Source of the DNA: Patescibacteria group bacterium
Lineage (GTDB): Bacteria; Patescibacteriota; Microgenomatia; JAMCZE01
Length of the DNA stretch: 64,000 nucleotides
Assembly: GCA_023380635.1 (NCBI GenBank)
Contig: JAMCRP010000001.1
Coordinates: 173,305 to 237,304, forward strand
Reading direction: 5' to 3'
In this document: positions 1 to 9,161 of the stretch, in pieces
Layout of the letters: the number at the start of each line of letters is the position of its first letter
Position numbering within the stretch: the first letter of the stretch is position 1
The notes under the pieces: generated by a model
What the model saw: only the letters and a program-made list of their open reading frames with translations
Databases searched by the model: none
What the model was told of the DNA's origin: nothing
Made by a program: the position numbers and the translations under genes

Positions 1-639
1 TGGGCTGTCGACAACGGCTGGTCAGGACTGGAACACCTGGCTTATATTCCCGGAACGGTTGGCGGAGGTTTGGTTGGCAATATGGGAGCTTACGGACAGC
101 AGATTGCCGACATTTTCGTCTGTGCCAAGGCCGGTAAGGAAATTTTCACCAAAGAACAGTGCCGTTTTGGTTATCGGGAAAGCGCTTTTAAAGATATTTT
201 GAAAGATTATTTTCTTGAATCTGTCACTTTGAAACTTTCCCGCGACCCGAACGCCAAAAAAATTGCCGAAGAAACTACCACTTTACGCAAAACTAAATTG
301 CCCGACTGGATAACCTTGGGATCGGCCGGAAGTTTTTTCAAAAACCCCTTTATTGACCCGGAAAAGTTGAAAAATTTGCAAAAACTCCTGCCTGATGTCC
401 CCAACTTTCCCGTCCAAGGCGATCATCAGATTAAAGTTCCGGCGGCTTATTTACTGGAAAGCTTGGGTTGGAAAGGCAAAAGAATCGGCAATGTTGGAAC
501 CTATGAGAAGCATGCCCTGATCGTAGTCAATTACGGGGGCGCCACTGGGAAGGAAATCTTCGAATTCGCCCAAAAAATGCAGCAGGATGTTAAAGAGCAC
601 TATGGAATTGTCCTGGAACCGGAAGTTAACGTTGTTTAA
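1..639 (+). CDS. murB: UDP-N-acetylenolpyruvoylglucosamine reductase (5'-partial)
   Basis: Frame is open from base 1 (WAVDNGWSGLEHLAYIPGTVGG..GNMGAYG); motifs FGYRES, GSAGSFFKNP, HALIVVNYGGATG, LEPEV. Confidence 0.95.
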   Translation, partial: WAVDNGWSGLEHLAYIPGTVGGGLVGNMGAYGQQIADIFVCAKAGKEIFTKEQCRFGYRESAFKDILKDYFLESVTLKLSRDPNAKKIAEETTTLRKTKLPDWITLGSAGSFFKNPFIDPEKLKNLQKLLPDVPNFPVQGDHQIKVPAAYLLESLGWKGKRIGNVGTYEKHALIVVNYGGATGKEIFEFAQKMQQDVKEHYGIVLEPEVNVV

Positions 640-856
640 GCTGCCAGCAACTTTTGGGAACTAACGACACTACTCCCAGTTGCAGACGAGCCGGAACAGT
701 GCACAGCCTATTTGCTTCAGATGACTGCATCCAACAACCACAAGTGACCCCCTCGGGAATAATCGGTTCCCACCTGGCTCTGACATCAGCAGGTAACTCA
801 TCAGTCAAAAGGAAATTTTTCGCGTTTTCCGGCAAAAGGTCTTCAATTTTGTTCAT
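626..856 (-). CDS. small hypothetical protein, 76 aa, 4 Cys
   Basis: ATG overlaps the murC stop (ATGA at 853-856); fills the whole murC-murB gap; no recognisable family. Confidence 0.5.
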   Translation of the reverse strand: MNKIEDLLPENAKNFLLTDELPADVRARWEPIIPEGVTCGCWMQSSEANRLCTVPARLQLGVVSLVPKSCWQLKQR

Positions 857-2151
857 CGTAATAATAAGTTACTAACTTCATACACATCTCCGGCTCCCAT
901 GATTAAAACCACATCGTTTTTTGAAAGGTTGCGGGCAAGGAAGTTGGCGACATTAACTAGTTCGCCGCCCACATAAGTAGCTTTTGGGCCGCCGATGGCC
1001 AGGGCCAAATCTTTGCCGGAAGGCTTGGTAACGCCGCTTTCCCGGCGAGTATAGACATCAGTAACCACCACTTTATCGGCTTTCGCCAGTTCTTTTTTGA
1101 AATCTTCAAAAAGTTTTTCCAGTCGGGCATGCATATGGGGCTGGAAAACTACCCAAATTTTCTTTTTCGGATATATTTCCCGGGCCGCCGCAATATTTAC
1201 CGCCACCGCCGTCGGATGGTGAGCATAATCATCATAAATCTTAGCCCCTTCGACTTCGCCTCTATATTCAAACCTTCTCTCCAGGCCCCCAAAACTCTCG
1301 AGTCCCTCGCGAATTTTCTGGTCTTTTACCCCGAGTGTCTTAGCTACTATCCAGGCAGCTGCGGCATCGCTTCTCAAGTGTTCCCCCGGCAGTTTCAACT
1401 TCGCCTGGCTCTTGGTCAGCTTTTTGTACTTAATAATTTTTAACTTAAGATTCTTAAGCATCTTAAGTTTCTTAAGTAATTTATTACAACCTTCATCTTC
1501 AGCATTGACTACAAGAATTTGAGCTTTACTGGCAAACTTCACAAATGAAGCCATAATCTGGTTAAAATCTTTAAAGTACTCCGGATGATCCATTTCTATG
1601 GAAGTAATTACTGCTAGGTCCGGTTTGTAGATCAAAAATTTATCCCGGAATTCGTCGGCTTCAAAAACGAAATATTTGCTTTTTCCGATCCGATCGTTTT
1701 TCTTTTCCCAGTCCAAAAGATTTGCCCCGATTTCGCAAGTCGGATCTAATCCAGCTGTTTCCAGGACCCGGCAGATTAGGGCGGTTGTCGTTCCTTTTCC
1801 GTGAGTTCCGGCCACGGCAATTGTATATTTTCCTTTCTGCAGATATTTGGCCATGAATTCTTCCCAGGTTAAAGCAATCCCTTTTTCGTTGGCTTTAGTG
1901 TATTCCGGGTGAGTAAGACTTTGATAAAAAACCGCCGGAGTATGAACCAAAAGGCCAGTATTTTTTAAGTGAGAAACATCATGGCCGATGGCTACCGGTA
2001 TTCCTTCTTTGCGTAAGCGATAGGTAATGGAGCTTTCTTCCAGGTCGCAACCTGTTACTTTGTACCCGTACTCTTTGGCGATGCGCGCAACTGCACTGGC
2101 CCCGGAACCCCCAATGCCCATGAAGTGGACTTTAGTGGTTTTGCTTGTCAT
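853..2151 (-). CDS. murC: UDP-N-acetylmuramate--L-alanine ligase
   Basis: HFMGIGGSGAS, GTHGKGTTT, EADE, MDHP, DDYAHHPT, VFQPH, MGAGD. Confidence 0.95.
   Translation of the reverse strand: MTSKTTKVHFMGIGGSGASAVARIAKEYGYKVTGCDLEESSITYRLRKEGIPVAIGHDVSHLKNTGLLVHTPAVFYQSLTHPEYTKANEKGIALTWEEFMAKYLQKGKYTIAVAGTHGKGTTTALICRVLETAGLDPTCEIGANLLDWEKKNDRIGKSKYFVFEADEFRDKFLIYKPDLAVITSIEMDHPEYFKDFNQIMASFVKFASKAQILVVNAEDEGCNKLLKKLKMLKNLKLKIIKYKKLTKSQAKLKLPGEHLRSDAAAAWIVAKTLGVKDQKIREGLESFGGLERRFEYRGEVEGAKIYDDYAHHPTAVAVNIAAAREIYPKKKIWVVFQPHMHARLEKLFEDFKKELAKADKVVVTDVYTRRESGVTKPSGKDLALAIGGPKATYVGGELVNVANFLARNLSKNDVVLIMGAGDVYEVSNLLLR
1444..1476. repeat. 4 x CTTAAG at 9-bp period inside murC
   Basis: CTTAAG at 1444, 1453, 1462, 1471; encodes LKKLKMLKNLK. 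Confidence 0.8.
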
Positions 2152-3352
2152 TCAGATCCACGACGGCCTGCTTAAATTGCCGCCCTCTGTCTTTGTAGTT
2201 CTTAAACATGTCAAAGCTGGCACAGGCAGGAGAAAGAAGAACTACATCACCAGATATGGCTGTATTATACGCCGTTTTTACTATCTCGTCCATACTCTTT
2301 AATCCTTCAATAATCCTAATATCTCCGGCCTTTCCTACCGCCTCTTTTATCTTTTTTGCCTCTGTCCCGATTAAGATCAGAGCCTTAATGTTTTTAGCAC
2401 CCCGAATAATTTTCCCGAGTTCCGAGAAGTCAGAATTTTTTGAACTGCCTCCCAAAACCACAATTTCCGGTTCCTTAAAGGCCTTAATAGCCGCAATGGC
2501 TGTTTCCGGTGTTGTAGAGAAAGAATCGTTGTAATAGGTGACACCGTTGATTTTTGCAACCTCTTCCAACCGGTGTTCCAGGCCCCTAAAATTTTTAATT
2601 ACCCGCCGCATTGTCTCCTCATCGATTCCAATAATTTTTGCTACCGTGGCTGCCGCTACCACATTCTCCCGATTGTGGCTACCGCGCAAACCAATTTCCT
2701 CATCGGCCATGTTTTGGAGAGCGTCTTTACTTATCCAAACAACTTTTCCCGTCGCCGCTCTGCCAATTTCCGCGGAATTGGGATAGTCCTTATTAATCAC
2801 GGCATAGTCTGTTGGCTTCTGATGAGAAACAATACTTTTCTTGGCGTCAAGATATTCCTGCACCGTCGGATGCCAATCCTGATGCTCTTGAGTGACCATC
2901 AAAACCACGGCGATGTGAGGGGATTTATCCAAATCAATTAACTGAAAACTAGAAAGTTCCAGAATGACCCAGGAATTTTTTGTCAGTTTTAAATCAAACA
3001 CCCCGGTTCCGATATTGCCGCCAAGATAAACATCATATCCGGCCGCTTTCATAATTTCATAAATTAAGCTGGCCGTTGTTCCTTTTCCTTTCGTCCCCGT
3101 AACCCCGATAATTTTTCCCGGACACACGTCAAAAAAAAGTTTTGTTTTGGAAGTTATCGGCGTTTTGGTTTTGAGAAGTTCCGGCCGATATCTGTAGACA
3201 CCGGGGCTACGGACAATTAAATCGTATTTATCCAGGTTTTCAAACTTGTCGCCGTTTTTTTCGTCCAGAATGGTAACCTTATCTCCCCGACTTTTTAAAT
3301 AGGGAATTACATCCTGGGTGTCGATGCCTAAACCAAGAACGGCCACTTTCAT
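2132..3352 (-). CDS. murD: UDP-N-acetylmuramoyl-L-alanine--D-glutamate ligase
   Basis: RSPG, GTKGKGTT, ELSSFQL, GLEHRLE, YNDS..TT, LLSPACASFDMFKNYKDRG; start set at MKVAVLG (ATGA overlap with murI stop). Confidence 0.95.
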   Translation of the reverse strand: MKVAVLGLGIDTQDVIPYLKSRGDKVTILDEKNGDKFENLDKYDLIVRSPGVYRYRPELLKTKTPITSKTKLFFDVCPGKIIGVTGTKGKGTTASLIYEIMKAAGYDVYLGGNIGTGVFDLKLTKNSWVILELSSFQLIDLDKSPHIAVVLMVTQEHQDWHPTVQEYLDAKKSIVSHQKPTDYAVINKDYPNSAEIGRAATGKVVWISKDALQNMADEEIGLRGSHNRENVVAAATVAKIIGIDEETMRRVIKNFRGLEHRLEEVAKINGVTYYNDSFSTTPETAIAAIKAFKEPEIVVLGGSSKNSDFSELGKIIRGAKNIKALILIGTEAKKIKEAVGKAGDIRIIEGLKSMDEIVKTAYNTAISGDVVLLSPACASFDMFKNYKDRGRQFKQAVVDLNDKQNH

Positions 3353-4086
3353 AGTTTTATTTGTTCCCATTTATATTTTAAGCTTTCCGGCCAGAAATTG
3401 CCCGCCACTTCCCGGGCTTTTTCCACGCTATCGGTAACTAAAAATTTTCTTTCCGCTTTACCGAAATTTGGTTCAATCGAATTTTTAATGGTCAGAGATA
3501 ATTCTTCAGCGGGATCAATCACAGTTACCTTTTCCCCAACCACTTTTTCGATGGTTTTTCTCATAATCGGAAAGTGGGTGCAGCCAAGTACGAGCGTTTC
3601 TACATTCTCCATAGGCATTAAATAATGTTTTGCGGCGGTTAGAGCTACCTCGCTGTCAGCAAAACCTTCTTCTACTAAGGGCACAAACAGCGGACAGGCC
3701 TTGCCGGGAATTGGATAGATACCACTATTAATGGTTGCTTTGGTACCAATAACGGCCGCCTTTTGCCCATCAAGTTTTCGTAAAACCGGACTAATAACAT
3801 CAAACACCGGTACCGGAGAAATCTTCTTAATGTCTTCCAGGGCGTTGGCGGATATAGAGTTGCAGGCAATTACCAGGCACTTTACTTTTTGTTTCAGAAG
3901 AAATCTGGCGAGTTCCAAAGCAAATTTTTTGATAGTCTCTTTTGATCGAGTACCATATGGCACTCTGGCCGTATCCCCGAGGTACAAAATACTTTCGTTT
4001 GGTAAAACCCGAGTAATTTCTTTCACCACCGTCAGCCCCCCCACCCCGGAATCAAAAACGCCAATAGGAAAATCGTTTACTTTTAT
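3349..4086 (-). CDS. murI: glutamate racemase (probable non-canonical ATA start at 4086)
   Basis: Reading upstream of the tracked ORF gives KVNDFPIGVFDSGVGG; GDTARVPYG, catalytic ACNS and GCTH motifs. Confidence 0.93.
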   Translation of the reverse strand: MKVNDFPIGVFDSGVGGLTVVKEITRVLPNESILYLGDTARVPYGTRSKETIKKFALELARFLLKQKVKCLVIACNSISANALEDIKKISPVPVFDVISPVLRKLDGQKAAVIGTKATINSGIYPIPGKACPLFVPLVEEGFADSEVALTAAKHYLMPMENVETLVLGCTHFPIMRKTIEKVVGEKVTVIDPAEELSLTIKNSIEPNFGKAERKFLVTDSVEKAREVAGNFWPESLKYKWEQIKL

Positions 4087-4574
4087 CTAATTTCTCCTCC
4101 TTCCATGTATAAAACTTCGGTCTTATCAACTTTTGCTAAACACCTTTTTAAACGCTTTGGTAAGGAAGTATGTGTTTTCAAACTGGTAACCATAGGCACT
4201 GCTTTATTAATAGCTACAAAAACAAAATCGCTCAGTTCCTCTTTAGGCAATTTTATTTTTCTAATATCATTTTCTTTCAGGACCCCTCCGAAAAAATCAA
4301 ACATAATTGCTTCATCTTTTGGACCATATGGTAAAGTATAGTCAACCCCTATTAATTTGAGCTTCCTAATCGTAAGATTCAACTCCTCTTTAACCTCTCT
4401 TGTGGCTGCCTGTTTTGGAGATTCATCTTTTTCCACAACGCCGCCGGGAACGCCCCAACGGTCCTTGTAGGTTGGTTTTACCAGAAGAATCTCACCCTTT
4501 TTATTAATAAAAAACACCTCAGAGGCCATTCTTTTTCGCGGCAAGCTTTTATAATAGTCAACTCCTGTTAGCAT
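4083..4574 (-). CDS. Nudix hydrolase
   Basis: Nudix box GGVVEKDESPKQAATREVKEELNL. Confidence 0.9.
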   Translation of the reverse strand: MLTGVDYYKSLPRKRMASEVFFINKKGEILLVKPTYKDRWGVPGGVVEKDESPKQAATREVKEELNLTIRKLKLIGVDYTLPYGPKDEAIMFDFFGGVLKENDIRKIKLPKEELSDFVFVAINKAVPMVTSLKTHTSLPKRLKRCLAKVDKTEVLYMEGGEIR

Positions 4575-5622
4575 TTAGTAATTCTAACGCGATTTTTTGA
4601 TCACTCCAGGGCACTTCCTTACCGCCGAGGTTCATGGATTTCTGGTGGCCGACGCCGGTAAGAAGAACCACATCGCCTGGCTTGGCCAGCAGTAACGCTT
4701 TATGAATCGCTTCTTTTCTGTCGGCAATTTTGTAGTATTCCTTGCTGCTATTTGCGATTCCCTTTTCAATTTCATCTATGATCTTCTCCGGCTTTTCGTT
4801 GTAGGTATCCTCATGTGTCAGGAAAATGATATCGTCGTACTTGGCCGCAATCGTTCCCATGAGCGGCCGCTTACCCTTGTCACGATTGCCAGTGCAACCA
4901 AAGACATGAATTAATCTTTTACCCATTTTTTTGGCCACCGGCAAAACTTTTTCAAAAGCCTGCGGAGTATGAGCAAAATCGACGATCACGGTAAACGGTT
5001 TTTTAGCCACTACTTCCAATCTCCCAGGCAGCGGTTCAAAGTTGGCGACCGCTTCCCGAATATCTTTATCCTCTATTCCTAAGGCCTTAGCCACAGAAAT
5101 CGCCGCCAGACAGTTCTCCCGGTTAAAATCTCCGGCCAGTTGGGTTTTAAAGCGGTAGCCTTTAAATTTGGTCCAATCCGCCACCTGTTTACAGCTTTTT
5201 AGAAATTTTAGTTTGGTATTGCGGTAGTTTTCAAAGGTTTTGTGATAGTCGAGATGTTCGTTGTCGGCGATATTAGTCAAAACCCCGACGGCAAACGGAA
5301 TCCCCCAAATCCGGTTTTGGTCAATCGCGTGCGAGGATACTTCCAGGACGACATGAGTACATTTATTGCGCAAGCTTTGGACCAGAAATTTCTGCAACTT
5401 CCAGGTAGTAGGAGTCGTCGTGTGAGCAGAGGATAAAGTGGAAAGGACCGCTGTTTTGTGGCCCGCTTCTGTCAGAATGTGATAAACCAAATTAGTGGTG
5501 GTAGTCTTTCCGTCAGTCCCGGTTATTCCGATCACAGTTAATTTTTTTCCAGGAAAACCGTAATAAAAACAAGCCAAAACCGCTTCCAGCCAATGGCCAA
5601 AGTTTTTAAGCTTGCGCAGCAT
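4558..5622 (-). CDS. murE: UDP-N-acetylmuramoyl-tripeptide synthetase (short MurE-type ligase)
   Basis: GITGTDGKTTT, EVSSHA, EHLDYH, VDFAHTP, VFGCTGNRDKGKRP; lies directly after ftsI. Confidence 0.88.
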   Translation of the reverse strand: MLRKLKNFGHWLEAVLACFYYGFPGKKLTVIGITGTDGKTTTTNLVYHILTEAGHKTAVLSTLSSAHTTTPTTWKLQKFLVQSLRNKCTHVVLEVSSHAIDQNRIWGIPFAVGVLTNIADNEHLDYHKTFENYRNTKLKFLKSCKQVADWTKFKGYRFKTQLAGDFNRENCLAAISVAKALGIEDKDIREAVANFEPLPGRLEVVAKKPFTVIVDFAHTPQAFEKVLPVAKKMGKRLIHVFGCTGNRDKGKRPLMGTIAAKYDDIIFLTHEDTYNEKPEKIIDEIEKGIANSSKEYYKIADRKEAIHKALLLAKPGDVVLLTGVGHQKSMNLGGKEVPWSDQKIALELLNANRS

Positions 5623-5628
5623 ACTTGT

Positions 5629-5637
5629 ATTTTAGCA
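5629..5637 (-). promoter_or_regulatory. extended -10 (TGcTAAAAT), 6 nt before murE ATG; leaderless-type
   Basis: Minus strand reads TGC TAAAAT acaagt ATG; no SD sequence. Confidence 0.55.
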
Positions 5638-5639
5638 GA

Positions 5640-7418
5640 TCACGGCGCGACGCTGTAGTAATAAAGCAAATCACGGGCAATTGCCGCAAAAACCGGGCCG
5701 GCTGTATCGCTTCCCCAAATCCGTACTTCCGGCTGGTCTAGTTTCACTATTACCAGAAACCGCGGATTATCGGCCGGATAGTAGCCCATGAGCGATGCGT
5801 TATAACCGGTATCAATGTATTTCCCCCCGGCGGCAATCTGAGCCGTACCGCTTTTAGCTGCAATTTTGAAATCAGCTAGAGCTTTTTCCCGGTCTATAGG
5901 AAAATGTTCCGGACTTTCCCGGGCAACATGGACCAGCATTTCCGTCACTGTTTTTGCCGTCGCTGGACTAATAATTTGCTCGCTTTGCGGCCAGCTAAGG
6001 TCGATAGTTTTATTGCCATCAATAATTTTTGAAACCAAATGAGGCGTACTCATGCGGCCGTTATTCGCCAGCACCGACCAGGCTTTCATCATCTGCATGG
6101 CGTTAACCCCGATTCCCTGACCGAAAGTTAAAGTGGCTTTATCAATCTCGTAATAATTAGCCTTGGGTCTTAAAAATCCCCCTTCTTCCTCCTGCAGATC
6201 AATGCCGGTTTTTTGTCCGAAACCATACTTTTGAATGTACGAGTATAATTTGTCAAAACCCAGTTTTTCACCGACAAAAGTCATACCGGTATTATCAGAA
6301 TTAACTAAAACATCAGTCATGGTTTCGTTAGGGTGATATTTGTCATCAAAAGTATGAATATAGTCAGTGCCAATTTTTCTTGGGCCGTCGCATTTGTCAC
6401 AAGTCGTGTTCGGTGTTAATTTATTTTCATTAATTGCCGCCGCCATCACTAACGGCTTAAAGATTGATCCCGGTTCGAAAAGATCGGCCACTGCCGGGTT
6501 TTTGTAAAGCTTGGCGGGGTAATAAGAAAAATTTGCCGGGTCATACTGAGGAAACGAAGCATCGGCCAAAATCGCGCCTGTCTTTGGGTCCATCACAATC
6601 GCCAGGCCTCCCGAAGCTTTCCAATCTTTAATCCCTTTCAATAGATCCGTTTCCACGAACCGCTGGACCGAGCGATCGATAGTGGTTACCAGGTCCCGGC
6701 CGTCCTGTTTATCCCGACGTGTTTCTGTTCCGACAGCAATCGGACGGCCGAAAGCGTCCTTTTCGATGCGCACTTCCCCAGCTTTGCCCGCCAGCTCCCG
6801 TTCGTAATAACCCTCCAAACCAAAATAGCCCTTCGGATTGCCTACAGCATCAAAACCTACAAAGCCCAAAAGATGAGCCGCCATTGAAGCTTCCGGATAG
6901 TCCCGGCTGGGTTCGGATTCAAAACCCAACCCGGCGATATTCAGCTTATTAATCTGGTCTTTCGTGTTCTGACCCACAAAATGGGATAAATTGACCCAGA
7001 TCGCGTTTTTAATGTTAAATTTTGCCAATAAATCTGAGGCGATGCTTTTCTGGGTATCTTTCAAAAAATTTTCCCGGTCCTGTGGGGTAATTTCTCCGCT
7101 ACCGGTGGGAATCAGAGGAACATCAGTGGCCAAGATTGCTGCCAGTTTATCGGCGACCAGCTCTTTGTTATCAGTAAACTTCGATAAGTTCACATAAAAA
7201 AGATAGTCGTCCTTGTTGGCTACCAAAGGAAAACCATCAGCACTTAGAATTTCTCCCCGCCCTGCCGGAATCTCCAGGGAATAAAAATGCTCGTCGTCAG
7301 CCGCCGCCGCCAAACTTTCCGCCGAGATTATCTGAATATAAGCTAATTTCAGAATAACCAGGGTAAAAGCAACGAGGAAGATTGTCCCCAGAAGCCGCAA
7401 TTTAGCCGCAAACCTCAT
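5640..7418 (-). CDS. ftsI: class B penicillin-binding protein (septal transpeptidase)
   Basis: N-terminal TM helix, RGEI, RDYP, GLEGYY, EPGSIFK (SxxK), SDN (SxN), KSGTAQ; dcw position. Confidence 0.9.
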   Translation of the reverse strand: MRFAAKLRLLGTIFLVAFTLVILKLAYIQIISAESLAAAADDEHFYSLEIPAGRGEILSADGFPLVANKDDYLFYVNLSKFTDNKELVADKLAAILATDVPLIPTGSGEITPQDRENFLKDTQKSIASDLLAKFNIKNAIWVNLSHFVGQNTKDQINKLNIAGLGFESEPSRDYPEASMAAHLLGFVGFDAVGNPKGYFGLEGYYERELAGKAGEVRIEKDAFGRPIAVGTETRRDKQDGRDLVTTIDRSVQRFVETDLLKGIKDWKASGGLAIVMDPKTGAILADASFPQYDPANFSYYPAKLYKNPAVADLFEPGSIFKPLVMAAAINENKLTPNTTCDKCDGPRKIGTDYIHTFDDKYHPNETMTDVLVNSDNTGMTFVGEKLGFDKLYSYIQKYGFGQKTGIDLQEEEGGFLRPKANYYEIDKATLTFGQGIGVNAMQMMKAWSVLANNGRMSTPHLVSKIIDGNKTIDLSWPQSEQIISPATAKTVTEMLVHVARESPEHFPIDREKALADFKIAAKSGTAQIAAGGKYIDTGYNASLMGYYPADNPRFLVIVKLDQPEVRIWGSDTAGPVFAAIARDLLYYYSVAP

Positions 7419-7759
7419 GGCATAACCTCGGTCCCGGCGTTTTTACCCATAGCCATTTCCGGCCGGGCGGAAAGATAGGCATATTTGTCAGTTTTGGTAA
7501 AGCCCAGAGTCTTGACCCGCTGTTCGACCGAAAGCATCGACTGCTGAGAACGGGTTTCCTCGGCGAGTTTTTGATTTTCCGTTTCCAGCTTGGAAATCTG
7601 CTGGTCCAGTCTTCGTAAGCTATCTGAGGTTTCTACCAGCCGGTTAGCCGCAAATACCCGCCCGGCCGAAAGCAGACCGACGATCACAAAAAGCACCAGG
7701 ACAACCAGTCCGGATACTTTTTCCTGCCTTAAATTTTGTTCCTGTTGTAATTTTTGCAC
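7415..7759 (-). CDS. FtsL-like cell division protein
   Basis: One TM helix plus coiled coil, 114 aa, between rsmH and ftsI; ATGA overlap with ftsI. Confidence 0.7.
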   Translation of the reverse strand: MQKLQQEQNLRQEKVSGLVVLVLFVIVGLLSAGRVFAANRLVETSDSLRRLDQQISKLETENQKLAEETRSQQSMLSVEQRVKTLGFTKTDKYAYLSARPEMAMGKNAGTEVMP

Positions 7760-7797
7760 TATTTTCCATCGCTGCCCCCGATGTTCATATTTATTGC

Positions 7798-8685
7798 TTA
7801 TATTTTTTCTGCTACTCTCAACTTCCCGCTTCTCGCCCTCGGATTCCTGTCAATTTCCTCTTTTGTCGGTGTTGTTGGTGTCTTAGTCATATCCCTCATT
7901 ACCCCTATATCCCCCATTTCCCTGATAAAATTCTTTACAATCCTGTCTTCCAGTGAATGAAAACTGATTATTGCCAGTTTTCCTCCCGGTTTCAGCAGTT
8001 TTACCGCCTGCGGCAAAGCTGCTTCTAAACTGGCCAGCTCGTCGTTTACCGCGATTCTTAGCGCCTGAAACACTCTTGTCGCCGGGTGTGTCCGATCCCT
8101 GTCGCTCCTGCCTCTTACAGAAAGTATCGCTTTGGCCAGCTGATCTGTTGTCTCGAATCTTTTATTTTTTCTCTCCTCAACAATTATTTTTGCAATCTGC
8201 CTGGCAAACCTTTCTTCTCCAAACTTCCAGAATAGGTTCGCCAGTTCCTTCTCTCCTCCGGCATTTATTAAATCCGCCGCTGTTACCGTTTGGGTTGCCG
8301 GATCCATTCGCATATCCAACTTAGCGTCCTTATTGAAAGAAAATCCCCGGTAATCAGTTTCGAGCTGATGACTGGAAACTCCCAAGTCCATAAGTATTCC
8401 GCTTACCTGCGAAAACCCGGCCTCTATGGCGATTTCTTTTAAATGTGCAAAGTTACTCTGTCGTAATACTAATTCTCCCCGATTCTCCCAATCTCCCAAA
8501 TTTCTCTTAGCGTTTTCTATTGCTTCACTATCCTGATCTATCCCCAAAACTTTTCCCCCTGCCTTAAGTATTCCTGTCGTATGCCCTGATCCTCCCAGTG
8601 TGCAATCGATGTATTTTTCTCCTGGCTTTATCTCAAGCGCTTCTAAAACCTCGTTTAAAAGTACCGGAATATGATACTCGTCCAT
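7798..8685 (-). CDS. rsmH: 16S rRNA m4C1402 methyltransferase
   Basis: HIPVLLNE, DCTLGGSGH, DLGVSSHQL, LDMRMD, FQALRIAVNDEL, SFHSLEDRIVK, NPRARSGKLR. Confidence 0.97.
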   Translation of the reverse strand: MDEYHIPVLLNEVLEALEIKPGEKYIDCTLGGSGHTTGILKAGGKVLGIDQDSEAIENAKRNLGDWENRGELVLRQSNFAHLKEIAIEAGFSQVSGILMDLGVSSHQLETDYRGFSFNKDAKLDMRMDPATQTVTAADLINAGGEKELANLFWKFGEERFARQIAKIIVEERKNKRFETTDQLAKAILSVRGRSDRDRTHPATRVFQALRIAVNDELASLEAALPQAVKLLKPGGKLAIISFHSLEDRIVKNFIREMGDIGVMRDMTKTPTTPTKEEIDRNPRARSGKLRVAEKI

Positions 8686-8687
8686 CT

Positions 8688-9101
8688 CTAAAACGGTCCC
8701 GCCGGTAAAGTGCTCTTAACTTTCTCCCATTCCTTCTTTTCCCAAATTTCAAAATGATCTCCGGCCCCAACCACCACAACTTCCGGTTTCAACTCAGCAT
8801 ATTTACGCAATTCCACGGGTACAGTAATTCTTCCTTGGGCGTCATATTCAATAACTTCTGCTTCAGAAAAGAACTGGCGACGAACCAGTCTTCCGTCAGC
8901 AGTAAACACCGGCTTATCAAAACCCGCCTGGACCATCTTTTCCCATCCGTCGGGTGAAAAGCCGAATACACATTTGTCAAAGCCTGTAGAAAGAACCAGT
9001 TCTTCGCTTCCGAGAGCTTTGCGAATTTTAGAAGGTAAAGCCATTTGGCCATTTGACAAGAGTTTAACTTCATGTGTGCCTAAAAAATACTTTATATTCA
9101 C
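8688..9101 (-). CDS. mraZ: dcw transcriptional regulator MraZ
   Basis: FLGTHE, DAQGRITVP, VGAGDHFEIW; first gene of the dcw cluster; GTG start. Confidence 0.9.
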   Translation of the reverse strand: MNIKYFLGTHEVKLLSNGQMALPSKIRKALGSEELVLSTGFDKCVFGFSPDGWEKMVQAGFDKPVFTADGRLVRRQFFSEAEVIEYDAQGRITVPVELRKYAELKPEVVVVGAGDHFEIWEKKEWEKVKSTLPAGPF

Positions 9102-9151
9102 GATATTTCACTCTATTTATCTATTCATAACTAGTCTGAACCTTTTTTCAC
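9098..9151 (-). promoter_or_regulatory. putative MraZ operator: degenerate boxes at exact 10-bp period
   Basis: Minus strand GTGA(9151), GTTC(9141), GTTA(9131), GATA(9121), GTGA(9111), GTGA(9101). Confidence 0.4.
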
Positions 9152-9161
9152 GCCTTGTCAA
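9133..9161 (-). promoter_or_regulatory. sigma70-type dcw promoter
   Basis: TTGACA (9161-9156), 17-nt spacer, CAGACT (9138-9133). Confidence 0.55.

Noticed and set aside
4036-4047. C7 and C4 runs in murI as a phase-variable tract
   Set aside because: They encode the conserved GVGG motif of an essential enzyme, and the frame is intact.
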